64,000 bases of DNA from Haliotis rufescens (GCF_023055435.1 NW_025964001.1:12400001-12464000), one strand, 5' to 3'. Shown: positions 22,579 through 37,000, counted from the first letter of the stretch. Program-made: numbers and translations. The notes: a model not told the origin generated them from the sequence alone.

Positions 22579-25500
22579 ATGTTTCGAGTTAGCAAATCAA
22601 TGCCAAAGTCGAATGACTCCATCAAAGACAAAATGGAAACTGCGAAGCTCGCAGGATATACTATTTTACCGAGCAGGTAAGATTTACATGCCAGTATTCT
22701 GTGATGTTTCAGTTTATCAGCGATAACGTTGAATCAAGAGCAGTCAGTGGACTTTGGACCTTTGTTCATCGTCCTCTAGCACGGGTTTTGCCTTATCGAT
22801 GCGTAGTTGAGTGTCGAAACCCGAGCATTCGGACGACTAGTCATCTGCTTGTCAATAACCATGGAAGAGGAAAGTGAAGCTTATTATCTATTCTGGTAAT
22901 GGGATTTAGAACTTTGGGAAGTTTTACATGATTTTGCACCTTATGCCTTTTAGGAAATAAACACTAGCCAACATGTTATGTCCAGAATAGAGCTGGTAGG
23001 CCGAAGGTTAGCCCACAGCACGAAGCGATATAGTTGTCACCATGGTGTGATTTGCACTCACAATCGACGATATTCACCATGTTAGTTATTGTTAAGATAT
23101 TATTTACAGAACATACCTCAAATGATATCAACAGAAGTAACGTGTTAAAACTGTCGACAGTTGTCCCTCGCGACTATAGTTATCATGGTTAATATTGAGT
23201 GGTCGACAAGGAATAGTGTTTTCACCCATACTTGTAACCCCTAGGGCTACAGTTGTTGTAAGCATAGTTTTCAGCCTTGGGTATCTCGGTAATTCATTAA
23301 TCTAGTCCCTATTTATTGCAGTAGACATTTGGGTCAGTAGGAACATAAAGTGCTTACTCATGTGAGTTGTTATCAGGTTATGAATATCCTCTTTGTGTTT
23401 AAAACAATTAAATAAATCTTGACTGTTAGACAAACTCATGATTCGCTGCTAGTTTTTGAATGTTGTCAAAAAAAATTGTTATGTTTCCAAACAGTTTATA
23501 TGGTCATTTGTTGAAGTGCATTCCCATCCTGGTTAACAATGAAATATATGATCACATTCATTACTCTCAACATGCTCAATACTGAAGGTAATGGAAACAA
23601 ACTGTGTACAATTCATATCACTATTATCAGTAGATCACAATTTATATTCTTATTCAGTAGTTATCTAAAGTACACACTGCAGACTAATGAAACTATCAAG
23701 TCATTGAAAGGCATTCTTATGATGAAACTAGACCGCCTCTGTGGTCTTGTGGTAGAGCGTCCGCCCGGAGAGCGGAAGGTCCAGGGTTCGATCCCGGGCC
23801 GCGTCATACAAAAAGACGTTAAAAGATTGTACTTGTTGTTACCCTGTCTGGCGCTCGGCATTAAGGGGCTAAAACAAGGACTGGTCGGCTCGGAGTCAGT
23901 ATACTGTGTCTGAGTGGGGTATTCATGTTAAACTGCGGCATGGTATCTCAGTGAGCTAGCACTATAAATCGGCATCAGTCCGGACTAGTACAAACAGCCA
24001 CACACACACATACACGTGCATGCACGTCGCTATATAAGTGCAATAATCTTGGATGCGACGTTAAACCCAATTTCACCTCACCTCACCTCACCTATGATGA
24101 AACTATGACTATTCATGATTGATAACCAATGACAACAGGTGTGAATATTATATATCATGTTTATGGCTCAACAATCATGACTCATGATTTCATTATTACT
24201 AACCAGAAATGTTTATTCAGTGTTCTCAATATGCACTACAGTAACAGCATATACTATGTATACTACTGAAGCAGGCTGAAAGGGTCATGCTTGAGCGGTT
24301 TTCCATCAAAATGTACCCAGTGCTAATGACTATAATCAACATTAAAGGGCAAGTTCACACGGAAATGCACCTATTTTTCTTGTACTTTTTCCACATTTAA
24401 AGTGTTAACCTAGAAGTGTCATAGACAAAAATATAAAAATATCACAATTAATTAACATATTTTTCCCATTAAAACGATTTATATTTTTCACATTTACCAA
24501 GTGTTCTATTTCCACAACAAAAACACCATGGCTTATGCCCCTTGCAATGTGACGTCATTGGTGCCAATTGATAAACATTATGACGTCATTATGCTTTGTT
24601 AGAGCCGCTTCACGTGGTGTAGGTCTAGGTGTGTGATTCTAGCGTCTCAGATGCCAGCCAGCATAGTGTTATGCTGAGTCACCACTGCGCCGGAGTGTGT
24701 CGTAGGCCATGTTGTTTTACCACAAAATGGTACTTGATATCTTTTGCGTTGAGAATAGACAGGGACCCAGTTGAATTGGCACCAATTACGTCATAATCTA
24801 AGGGGGATAACTCAGGCCTGTTTAGCTCGAAAAACGAAGGCCTCATAACGGCATATCATTTTCACACTATTGTGAGCTTCCTACTTTCACTGTGAAAAAA
24901 ATGAGTGTATATTTTCAAACACAGATACTAATTAATTCTAAAATTGCGTTTTGTTTAGAAAAAGAAAGAAAGTGATTTTTGCGTGTACACTTCCCCTTTA
25001 AGGAATGGAGGTAATCACCTTGTTAACAGGTTTATCATGTTAATGTCATTCATAGTCCTTACTAGATGCTTAAAATAGTGTGAAGATCCAGGTTAAAATA
25101 GGTCTTCAGAAAACCAATGCTTGTGTAAATGGTGACTATGCTTGTCGTAAGAGGCGACTACATTAGGGTGGTCAGGCTCACTGACTTGGTTGAGCATGTC
25201 ATTATATCCTAATTGTGTGCATCAATACTTATCAATACTTCTAATATTTACAGACCGTTGTCATATACATGATATAGCTGGGATATTGCAGAGTAGTGTT
25301 AAACAACAGTCATGGTGTATACATTAGCTGGAGAAAGGATGTAAAATAATCATCCTGGTACAGAGGGATTTCTGCTGAGTCGGATAATTTGATACTTCCT
25401 CTTGACCGAACATCAGGGTCAGTGACCACTAGTCTATTGCAGAACATATTATGTAACAGACTTGTGTCATTTGTGGTAAGAACAGAAAATTCAGCCATAG

Positions 25501-28500
25501 TTTGTGTTTTTCTATTTCCTAGTTTGTCTTTATTAATTCAAGCATTATAGTACGGTGTATACATGGTATATGACGTATACAAGAAAAGTGAAATCTTTAT
25601 ATTCAATGTATGTCTGATTTAATGACACTTGCATCACTTTGCAAACTGATAACTTTATTATGTCATATGATAAATGCCCTTTGTGTCAAGGAGGCCCTCA
25701 GTGCAGCAATACAACATAATCACAGTATGCGGTATACATTTCAACATTTGGTGCACAGCATATGGAATGTTAATTAAAAAATGAAAATCACACGCCAAGC
25801 AACCATTACAAATGAGAGTTATCTCCCTAAGGCTTGTGACTACAGTTCTTGCATCACTGTACTAGGTGAGGTACTAATTACTGAAGTGTTACGCAGCATT
25901 ATGGGTATCTGTATGATGTAATGTTGTTACCTATGTCAGTGTTAAATTAGATGTGTGTGGTGTGGTGTGGTGTTCCAGTATTTATCAGGGGCTGACCCAG
26001 GATGTTCCACTTGGGCCGTTCATTAATACTTTTACTTTAACAACCAAATCAAAATGTGATCATTGTTGGAGATTTGATCATCCATTGCACGGCTACTTTG
26101 AACCGAATGTAAATCACAATCTAAACCACTCCAAGGGATTTAGCAGATTAGTGAATTGCCATATCCGGGGGAATGAAATCCTACAGCATAGGTTCAGCAC
26201 AACTATCTTTACTCTTGATATGAACGCCGTGATATAACCGGAATACTGTTAAAAGCGGCGTTAAACCCAACTCACTCACACTCTTGATATGTATGTCCAG
26301 TGTTAAGACCCTTATGTAATGTGTACGTTTACCGGATTACTGTGTCTTGGTCTAATTATTACTTCATCGTGTGGTCAGAATGGAGCGAGTGAGTGAGTAC
26401 AGCCCTCCAAGCTTAGACTTTTCATGGGAGCCACTTGGCTACTGGCAGCACTTTTCCATTTCAAACTTTAAGGAGCCACATTAAAATTTAACATGTTTAA
26501 ATAACAACTTTGATTTAGCTTTAAAAACAATTTAACATTTTAGAAATTAAATAAAAAGACAGGACAAGGTTGAAAACATTCCATTTCTTTTAATGTGTCT
26601 GAACGACAAACTTTAAAAACTTGCTGAAATAAAGACAAGTCACTGAACAACTACACATGTAGATAGACCATCACTGGACTTCGCTGAGACAACTACCTGA
26701 CACAATACTACTGCTGCCTTTCACTTTATTCTAATGTTTGTTTTATGCATTCACTTACATTTCCGTGTCATTTATTACTATCAGACACATTCATAGCAGA
26801 AGTAATCTCGGTTGTCTCACATCCCAATACTGAATTCTCTGATTCTGCTATGTCCACCCATATCTTCATCTAATAAACTCCTTTTAGGACTGCTGGGAGT
26901 AATAGCCATAGGTATGTCATCCATGTCACCATTCTATGATGGACTGGTTGTCTTATAGTTGGCTTTTGAAATACTGTAAATAATCGAGTCTGGACCAGAC
27001 AATCCAGTGATTAATATCATGAGCATTGATCCATACAATTGGGATCAATGTCATGCATCAACCAAGTCAGCGAGCCTGACCACCCGATCCCGTCCCAACA
27101 TGGAGGGCCTAAGTATGGTTTTACACTGCTTTTAGCAATATTCCAGCAATATCACAGCAGGTGACACCAGAAATGGGCTTCAAACATTGTACCCATGTGG
27201 GGACATGAACCTGACCTTTCGGCATGATGAGCTAACGCTTTAACCACTAGGCTTCACCACAGCCCTGGTCAGAATAGAAGAATAGTGAAACAATTTACTA
27301 GACAGGGGCTTCAGCCAGGTGGTTTAATTCTAATAATTTGCTTATCACTTGCAAGACACCCATTACTTATGAGAGTATTCATCAACAGATATTTGCAATT
27401 CATTCTAATTTACAGGTGTTACATAAAATCTCATTGAGTTCTATGTGGATTTTATATTGGAAGGTAGAATGGTGACTTTAGGGGTTCAATGCATGTTAAA
27501 CACAACATGGTAAAAAACTTGAGGCTGCCAACACCCTTTTGGTATGTGGGATTCAGGGGTCTATTTGAAGGGTATTCAGGATTCAGCAGTGTGGTACCCT
27601 GGCTGTGGTATGCAAATTCAACATTTAAATAATGATATTGGTGCATGTAATACTGTATTTGATGTAATCATGGTAATAAGTGCCTACAGTGATATTTGCT
27701 AATATATTGGCTAGTGAACGATCCCAATTAGCACCTCTTCCTATTGGTCAATGTACACTTATTTATTCGTGTATAATACAATGGGCAATTAAATTCTGGG
27801 AAATATATCTGTCATATATAATACGCACAGACTTTGCTGTCAGCATAAACCACGAAATTTACCATCTTTCCACTGTTTTTATTCTCAACAAAATTATAAT
27901 CTAATAAGAGCCCCCTGTTTCTAATTTTGAGAGCTACCTGGGCGCTTATTATGTCGAATACGGTAATTCCCTTTACACAGATCTACTTGTTTTTGGATAT
28001 ATTCTTGATTCAGTGTAAGTAAATAAGACTTAAAGTGAAAACTCAGCTGATATTCAGGATTTAGGGGAGGGGGGTTGGCACCCTCATGCTTGTTACCAAA
28101 GCGATGGGCATGTCACTATTCCAGTCTATGTTGCAGGGAGTCAGCGAAGAAGGCAGTGTTGGTGGCAAAGACGGTGTGTTTGACAGTGTTTATCATCTAC
28201 ATTGCGGTGCCCATCTTTGTCAGAGCCAACTCCTGGATTTTGCCCAAAGTTGTTTTCTCTAACCTCGGTGAGTAAATAATATCTCTAAACTCTTTGACCG
28301 ACTTAGTGACACCAGATGTTGGCTATTGTTTGCTGTGCAACAGGTTGTCTGAGGTTTCATGTCAGATTTGATATATTCATTGTGATTGTAGTCAACGTGG
28401 TCAGGCCACAACTTTTCTCTCGCCTGACTGAAAATCAGTTGTTCCAAAATTGTTATAAAAACTGCTCAAAGAACGCTGATCCAATTTTAAACATGGCTGC

Positions 28501-31012
28501 CATTTTTGTTTCTTCATTATTCAGGTGAGCGGTCGAGCATTGTGCCTTTAAGTTTTTATTTTATGGTTATTAAATGTTTGCTGACATTTAGGTAGGTCAA
28601 AAGAGTTAGTGACCTTATCCACAATGCATTTGATTAAATATGGTATCTTTTTTCCGATGTTCATTGATGTTTGCAGTTGTATCTTTTCATTTTCTGGTAC
28701 ATCAAAGATAGAGGGGTCCAAGCTGTCATGGCTCTGGTTAGTCAAATACAGTCATTCCTCGCCATAACGCGGGTTTCGGAGTCCATGGATGACCCCCCCG
28801 CGTTATCAGACATCCGCGTTTTTCCTTATAGGGAATGTAGGTTGGAAATATTTTATTTCTTGTGCATATTGCGCGCTTGAGTAAAATTTAGTGTATGGTA
28901 CCCAGTCAAAAACTTTGTTGTATCGCCTGAGGTTAACGAACAAGAGATAACAAACTTTGTCAATGAAAATTGCTATTAGAGACTAAACACCAGTAGACAT
29001 GATTATTAAACATTTCATTTGTATTTCCTGTTGTACTAGGTATTGTTTTATATGCCAAGGTTAAGAATACCGTGTACAGATGTATCGAACCTAAGCTGGA
29101 AATGGCTGTCCGCTGTGTACACATGTTTTGTCCCAATCTACCGGTGATTCAGTTACAAAATAACCAATAATATAACTTCAAAGTCTTTTTGCAAGGAAAA
29201 ATATTTTCTAATATGCGTTATCTTAATACAGCATTCATTATATATGAATTTAAAATAGTAATAACCTAAGCGTAGCACTTTGACATAATGCAGATACATT
29301 TTAGGTATGGAACAGTTTGACGAGTCACCGTCAAGGCTACGTGGTATAGCTATTTTCATCACGAAAACAAAATGTTGACATATTTTTTTATGAATCAAAG
29401 TATGTCAGTTATGATATGTGAATCCATTCTCTGACAACTAAGGTTTGTTTCAAGGCCTCAATAGCAGTAATCTGATCGTGACCTCTGTGAATATGTGAGT
29501 TAGAACTGTAACGGTACGCGTTAAAGCAGACCCTATGCAACAGGGTAAAGGGAAGTTGTAAGTGTTTAGCATACTGTTTCACAAATGAATTTGCCAATAT
29601 TAACATAATTAACGTAAACAATTTGTATTGAATGAAAATGTGACTAAACCTAATCACACAGTCCCGAGTCCAGATGTATAACAATGATTCTGTGTGCACG
29701 TTTGTTATGCTCTATCCTATAACGTGGAGATGTGAAAATAATTAAATTTATGGGAACAGAGCTCGAGATAAGCTGCATATTTTCGTAAAATACACATAAA
29801 ATAAACTAAAATATGAAGATAATCAAATGTGCAATAAAAACTATAAGTATGCTATTGAAATATAACTAATGGTTATATTACAACTGTTAAGTAACACAAT
29901 TGCGTACGTTACAACTGTTAGATAAAATGATTGCGTGTCAGCTGATCACGAAATTCACTTACCGACAGTTACATTTGGAAAAGCTTTTGCGACAAACATA
30001 CTTGAATTCTGATTGATTCTAATTGAAAAGCACATTGTGTCCAATGGTTATGTGATTATGAAAATAGAGCCAGTAATTTCTTATAATGCTAGGTTTTCAA
30101 ACAAAAATGGCTTCTCGGAGAGGGAGCTGCAAGCAAATGCAGACAGTATGAGAGCATTCATTTAGTTTAATATAAGTTACAGGGATTCTTACAGAACATT
30201 TAAAAAAACCAAAATACCAAGAAACAGTTGGGTAAAAAAATGAATACCCTCTAAAAATTGTGGATACCCGATCAAAATCAAACTTTTGTCCTTGGGTGAA
30301 ATACCCAAATAATCAAAATCATATCTAGAACTCTGGGGAACCATTGATTATCGTGTGGCTTAACCGGGGTCGTGGGGTCGCGGTATTGCGAAGGGCGTTG
30401 TTGCGAGGGATGACTGTATGTGAACCAAATGTTTTTGCTTTAGCAATGGAAGAATAAGCTTTTGAATAAGTTAGTGTACTACTGGTGGTGAAAATGCATT
30501 TAATGTACAAGGTATTAGTCCCATGAGTGAAATGGAGACATTGTCTTGATGTCCTAGGGTAACACAAACTGCTACATTGATTTACATCTGGAGACAAATA
30601 AAGCTGTGTTTGAACAACTTGGAGCAAATTATAGGGACTGCCAGCTGCCTCATTCTCAGCTGCTTCTCATGTGTCTGCAGCATGTTAAGCACTGGAAGCA
30701 ATTGTGATGGAGTTGAATAACATTGGTCATTATATATACCATATGGTAGATGTTTCCATATTGTTACATGGCACAGATTTGTAATTGTTATATTCTTGAG
30801 ATTATTACTTGCCTATGTAAAGAAAACAGCACACAATGTTACAGAAAGATAGTTGTATAATGGGGATTCTTTGTTCCAGTTCGTTGGCCTCCATTTATCG
30901 ATTTGTCTAAGCCGTCAGATTTTGGTCTGAATACAACCCGGAACTTCTACCTGCAGACAGACAATGGTGTTCATGTTGGAGTTTGGTAAGAAAAATGGAG
31001 CTAGAATCTTGT

Positions 31013-31099
<87 letters not shown>

Positions 31100-34000
31100 T
31101 TTACCATGCTTATGGTCCTGTATTCTTAGAACACATCGCATGCAGATGAAAATCTACTGACAGATGCAGAAGGATAAGGTTGGGATATTTTGGCACAGAT
31201 TACTTGACAGAATTTTTTGATTGCATTGTGATCTGAAGCAAAGCTTAATGTTGAGGAACATATAAATATATGTTGTATTTCAGAAAAATAAAATAAGCTC
31301 CAGATACCCAAAATAGATCACCATACCCAAATTAATTTTAAGTTGTTTCCATACAAACATGCATGCCAGTTTTTAAAACCCACCAATATATATAACCATG
31401 ATAACAACACCCTTTGTAATTACACAATGTAGCCTTTTCAGTTTTCATTCCCGTAATGTCTGTACACATCTTTATTTACTGTTCAAATACACCTAAATCA
31501 CCTATATACAACTCTACTGCAGTGAATATTGCACGTCCTGCCTATTGTAACTTAGACATATATCACTGTTGTGAGCTTATGCGCATCCTCTATATCTCCA
31601 GGGCACGTATTTCGGTAAACTATCACCTACTCCTGGATCCATGCCTGTTGTTCTTGCGATATTAAATTAGATAAAGAAGATGGCTTATGTGCTATGAGAC
31701 ACTTTGCAGCACACAAACAGAATTAAGTGTAACTGGAAATAGCATTTCAAGCTGAGTTATTAATAAAAATGTCTACTTGGTTGTTTAAATGAGACTGGAT
31801 CGAAGGGAGTGAAAATGTATTGCATACCCAAAGAAACCTATCAAATACTCAATGTATACGATAACGATAATTGCTTCACAGCTTACAAAATGATCTGGAG
31901 CCCAGGGTGCCGTTGTACAAAACAACCTAAGCACTACTACGACTGTCGTAAGTCTATGTTAAGGTATGGGAGTTACGATCACCTTAGTGCTAAGATTGCT
32001 TTGTACAATGGCACCTTGTTAAATATGTCGCTATGACAATGACTATTGTACATGTTGTAGGCACACCCTGCCATCGAGCCTGGTGCAAGACGGGGGTCCC
32101 GCAGATCCTTATGAATACGAACAGTTGCTGAAGTCTGGGAAGAGGATTATTCTGTATCTCCATGGCAACAGTGGAACAAGGTAGGCAGTTTAAAGGCATG
32201 TAATATACAAGTGATTGTGCTCCGAGCCATGTTTGTGTCTATTGCACCATTTGATGACGGAGACAGAATATCAAGTAAAAGAAACGATATGAAATAGGAT
32301 TTAAGTGTTTTGTGTCACTGTACCTTGCTTCGATATTTTGAATAAGTCTGGCGTGTATTGGCTGAAAAAAAGGAGTCGAGGCCGCTATGGACATGGTTGA
32401 TGCTGTAACTTATTTGCACCCCGAAAGGTCACCAAAATAACTTGAGATCACCAGTTCATTACAGTTTGGATAGCTTGTGTCAAGGTTAACCCGGGGTTAA
32501 TATTGTGTCAAGGTCACCGGTGATAATATCCACTTATCTAATAAAGAAAAAGGAAATATGACATTGTTGAACCTCGGGGCAATTTAGTCAATTTGCCTGT
32601 TGATGCAGAAAGGATCTTGTTAATTATCATGCTTAGTCAGGGGATTTACCAAAATCCTTTGTTGGGATATTTGAGCCTTCAGTTAGGAGATATACATACT
32701 GTGTTTTCAATGTAGAGCCAGGTTACATGGGTTGTCGATTAGAATTTACGGAAATACTGACAACAGCCTTTAAACGAAATATGGCACTCTATATGCTCAA
32801 ACAGTTTGTTTGCATTATTATAATACTTCCCTTGATTTTATGACATGCATTGTGATGCAGTTGATATGACGTCAAAGTAGTATATAGAAAAGTGCCAAAT
32901 AGCAAGCTCTCTTGTGTCCGCAAAACATGAAATACGTTCTCTTTGTAGCTTTCTGTCGTGTTTTCTGATTAAAATGTATTGCCCCACATCCTCGAATATT
33001 GTCGTAAGTGTAACTTTTGTAGCTTATAATTGTACATGTAAGTATTTAAATATGCCTACCGACAATGACTGTAAAAGAAGTACTATCTTAAAAATATTAG
33101 CTTCCGTGGTGATATGGACATCAAATTGGCTCTTTCAGTCAGAGGGAGTTTATTGTGATTTGATACGTCTGATTGACCAATGAAAATTGAGTTTCTTCCA
33201 TATTCTTGTAGAATATCTTTTATCAGGGTGTACAACACTTGAAGGACATTATAAATAATTTTGAAAATGATAAGAATATAAACGGACAGTTTGTTGTACT
33301 GGTACCTGAAATGTTTGCCGCCCTGTTATGAGAAAGTATATTTGATCACTTGGTCACTTAGCACACTTTGGTGGTAGGTGGTGCAAGAAAATGGACAAAG
33401 AATTGGCAGGATCAACTAGAAATGTTGATTGTCAACTATTTTCAATATGCCTAGAAGCAAAATTCGATCTGGAGGTCAAATGCATCTGTTTTGTTTCCAG
33501 AGGGGGATATCACAGAGTACAGCTGTACAAACTACTGGCCAGCTTGGACTTCCATATTATCACTTTTGACTACAGAGGTCAGTAGTCATGGAAACACAAT
33601 TCAGTTTGTCTTGTTATGCAATTCTAAGAAAATAACGCAATATATAGTTTTGAAAATGTTGTGCTATGTAACAGTATTATCAACCTCTTCCAAATGAAAA
33701 GCTTTGTTTATCATGTTTACTAAAGTACCATTACTAATTCCCTCGAGTGGAAGGTATAGAAAGCATGTAGGATATTTTAGTGTTATGGGTATGTTAGAGC
33801 TCCACATTAGCTGCGTGTTTGCGTAACACATGCACTATAAACCACCATAACTTAATTGAATTTGAGTTACTTATGTACAGATACTCATGAAATAAGAACA
33901 ATAGTATAATGACAGTCTTCGTAGTTTCTAAAATTAGCCTTTTCAGCTCGTGTTGTCTTTCATATCTTTTGATTGAATGCAGGCATCACATATACATGAA

Positions 34001-37000
34001 CTCTACTGCAGTGAATAATTAAAAAAATGCTACATTTTACTTATGGTAGCTCAATCACATTAAAATCAGATCTTAGTTCTCGCTACAGCTAAACAAAGAT
34101 CTGAGGACATCCCATTACGGGTCCCGTCAGACCGACCTTACGCGAACTTTGACCGACCAATGGAATGACCAACCAGAAGGCAGCTTTCTTGTGCTTTACG
34201 GCACTAATTTCAAATTGGTGACTACGCTTCGAAACATAATTTGACACCTGAACAAAAGAACATTCTGGAATGGCTAATAGATGGTCTAGATTGTATGGAT
34301 TCAGTCGTTAAACCCGTAACTATCGCTCGGAGTTAAAGTTTTCGAGGTTGCATGATTAGAAATCACATTCCGACTGTCACTTTCATAATCTGGTAAGCGA
34401 TGCTCTGGTTAATCAGATGAAAGGTCGTTCTGAAGTGACCCCTAATGGGATGTCCTCAGATCTTTGTTTAGCGGTAGCGAGAACTGAGGTCTGATTTTAA
34501 TGAGATTGATGGTAGCTGTAATTTTTAACACTGTTGGGAGCTTAGGCGCTAGGTGACAGATTCAAAGTCCCCTGAAACAGTATTGTGAGCATAATTATGT
34601 TGGAAAAGGTTCACTCATTGGTTTAAAAAATATCCAGTAGACTGGATCAAAGGGAGTTAAAATCTATGGAATACCCAAAGAAAACCATCAATATTCAAGA
34701 TGAATTATAATGTGAGTAAATACTCAATGGCTACCGAGGAATCTGGAGCCCTATTATGTTATTGACAGTTCATTATGTCAGGGTCCATGATGTCACCTGT
34801 TCAGGAGCATGATGGGTATTTGGACATGCAAGGAATGGCCTCAGCTTTGATTGGTATCATGAAAATATGACGGATACATACATGAGCTTTATCTTGTGAT
34901 TTTAGTAAAATTGAAAAGGGGAGGGGAAGGTCTTCTTGTTGAAAATGACTTACTGACAGTTCATTGTATAAATGGGGGGGCACGGGTGGCCTAGTCGTCT
35001 AAGGCGCCACGATTCGCTGTGCAGAGTTGCGTCCCTTGGGCACGCCAGAAACCTATGATTGTGGGTTTGAATCCCGTTTCGCCCCGATTATGTTTCTAGG
35101 TTTGTCAGCATCATACCTGTGCTCGTGGGTTTCACCGAAATGGTAAACTTCTAAGACCTGCATCACTTCGGGCTTTCCTCCAACATTAAGCTGACACGCC
35201 ATGATATAACTGGAATAATGTTAAAAGCGGCATTAAACCCAACTCTCTCACTCAATTGTATTAGAAATGGTGGTTTTTCATACATCCGCCATGTTGATGC
35301 AGGTTTCGGAGACTCCACCGGCACCCCTACCGAGGACGGAGTCGTCCATGACTCCCACTTCATGTACCGGTGGATCAAGGAGAGGAATAATGGGCAGCCT
35401 ATCTTTCTCTGGGGTCACTCACTCGGCACAGCGTAAGTCTTTTTTCTCTGGGGTCACTCCCTCGGCACAGCGTAAGTCTTCTTTCTCTGGGGTCACTCAC
35501 TTGGCACAGCGTAAGTCTTCTTTCTCTGGGGTCACTCACTTGGCATAGCGTAAGTCTTCTTTCTCTGGGGTCACTCACTCGGCATAGCGTAAGTCTTCTT
35601 TCTCTGGGGTCACTCACTCGGCACAGCGTAAGTCTTCTTTCTCTGGGGTCACTCACTCGGCACAGCGTGTCTTCTTTCTCTGGGGTCACTCACTCGGCCC
35701 AGCATAAGTCTTCTTCCTCTGGGGTCACTCACTCGGCAAAGAGTGTCTTCTTTCTCTGGGGTCACTCACTGGGCACAGCATAAGTCTTCTTCCTCTGGGG
35801 TGACTCACTCGGCACAGCGTGTCTTCTTTTTCTGGGGTCACTCACTCGGCACAGCATAAGTCTTCTTTCTCTGGGGTCACTCACTCGGCACAGCGTAACT
35901 CTTCTTCCTCTGGGGTCACTCACTCGGCACAGCGTAAGTCTTCTTTCTCTGGGGTCACTCGGCACAGCGTAAGTCTTCTTTCTCTGGGGTCACTCACTCG
36001 GCACAGCATAAGTCTTCTTCCCATGGGGTCACTCACTCGGCATAGCGTAAGTCTTCTTCCGCTGGGGTCACTCACTCGGCACAGCGTAAGTCTTCTTTCT
36101 CTGGGGTCACTCACTCGGCACAGCGTAAGTCTTCTTTCTCTGGGGTCACTCACTCGGCACAGCATAAGTCTTCTTTCTCTGGGGTCACTCACTCGGCACA
36201 GCGTAAGTCTTCTTTCTCTGGGGTCACTCACTCGGCACATGGTAAGTCTTCTTTCTCTGGGGTCACTTACTCGGCACAGCGTAAGTCTTCTTTCTCTGGG
36301 GTCACTCACTCGGCACAGCGTAAGTCTTCTTCCTCTGGGGTCACTCACTCGGCACAGCGTAAGTCTTCTTCCTCTGGGGTCACTCACTCGGCACAGCGTA
36401 AGTCTTCTTTCTATGGGGTCACTCACTCGGCACAGCGTAAGTCTTCTTTCTCTGGGGTCACTCACTCGGGCAGACATGATACGTCCATGCATCTTCAATC
36501 TAAATCTATTATGATCATTTTAAACATATTTTCTTTATTAATTTTGCCATATTTAGGGTAATTGTAAAACAATTCAATTGATCTTGGTATGATGACTACT
36601 TATGTAAGTGTAAGCTTTACATGCAGGATAAACTAATGTATGTAAGTTGATGAACAACAACCTAATGTGTTTTTATTAAATTATTTTGTAATTATGTCAC
36701 AAAATGTCGATATAATATGATTGTTTTTTGTTTGTTTCAGAATAACTACAAAATTAGCAAAGAAGCTCTGTGAACTGGGTAAGTTTGAAACGGTTTAAAT
36801 ATGTCCATACACCAGTATTCAAAAGTCATTGATATGCATGTTTGAGCATAAAGCCATCTTGCATCTTCTGAAACATATAAAACTTATAGATCTTTTGACT
36901 ACCTGTACTCTACACTGTAGCTATATACTGTAATGTAAAGATCAGTGGCTCAAAGGCATGATTTTGCTTCAGTGTCAAGGTCATAGGAATACTCAATAAA

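Noticed and set aside
30907-31107. Poly-(RE) protein ORF
   Set aside because: Translation of the (CT)n microsatellite.
35402-36469. CRISPR-like appearance of this and the 46605 and 62423 arrays
   Set aside because: Units are contiguous with no unique spacers, there are no cas genes, and the DNA is eukaryotic.
35819-36514. 231-aa and 192-aa repetitive ORFs on both strands
   Set aside because: By-product of a 39-bp (13-codon) unit lacking stops in some frames; non-ATG or intronic starts and no independent gene signals.
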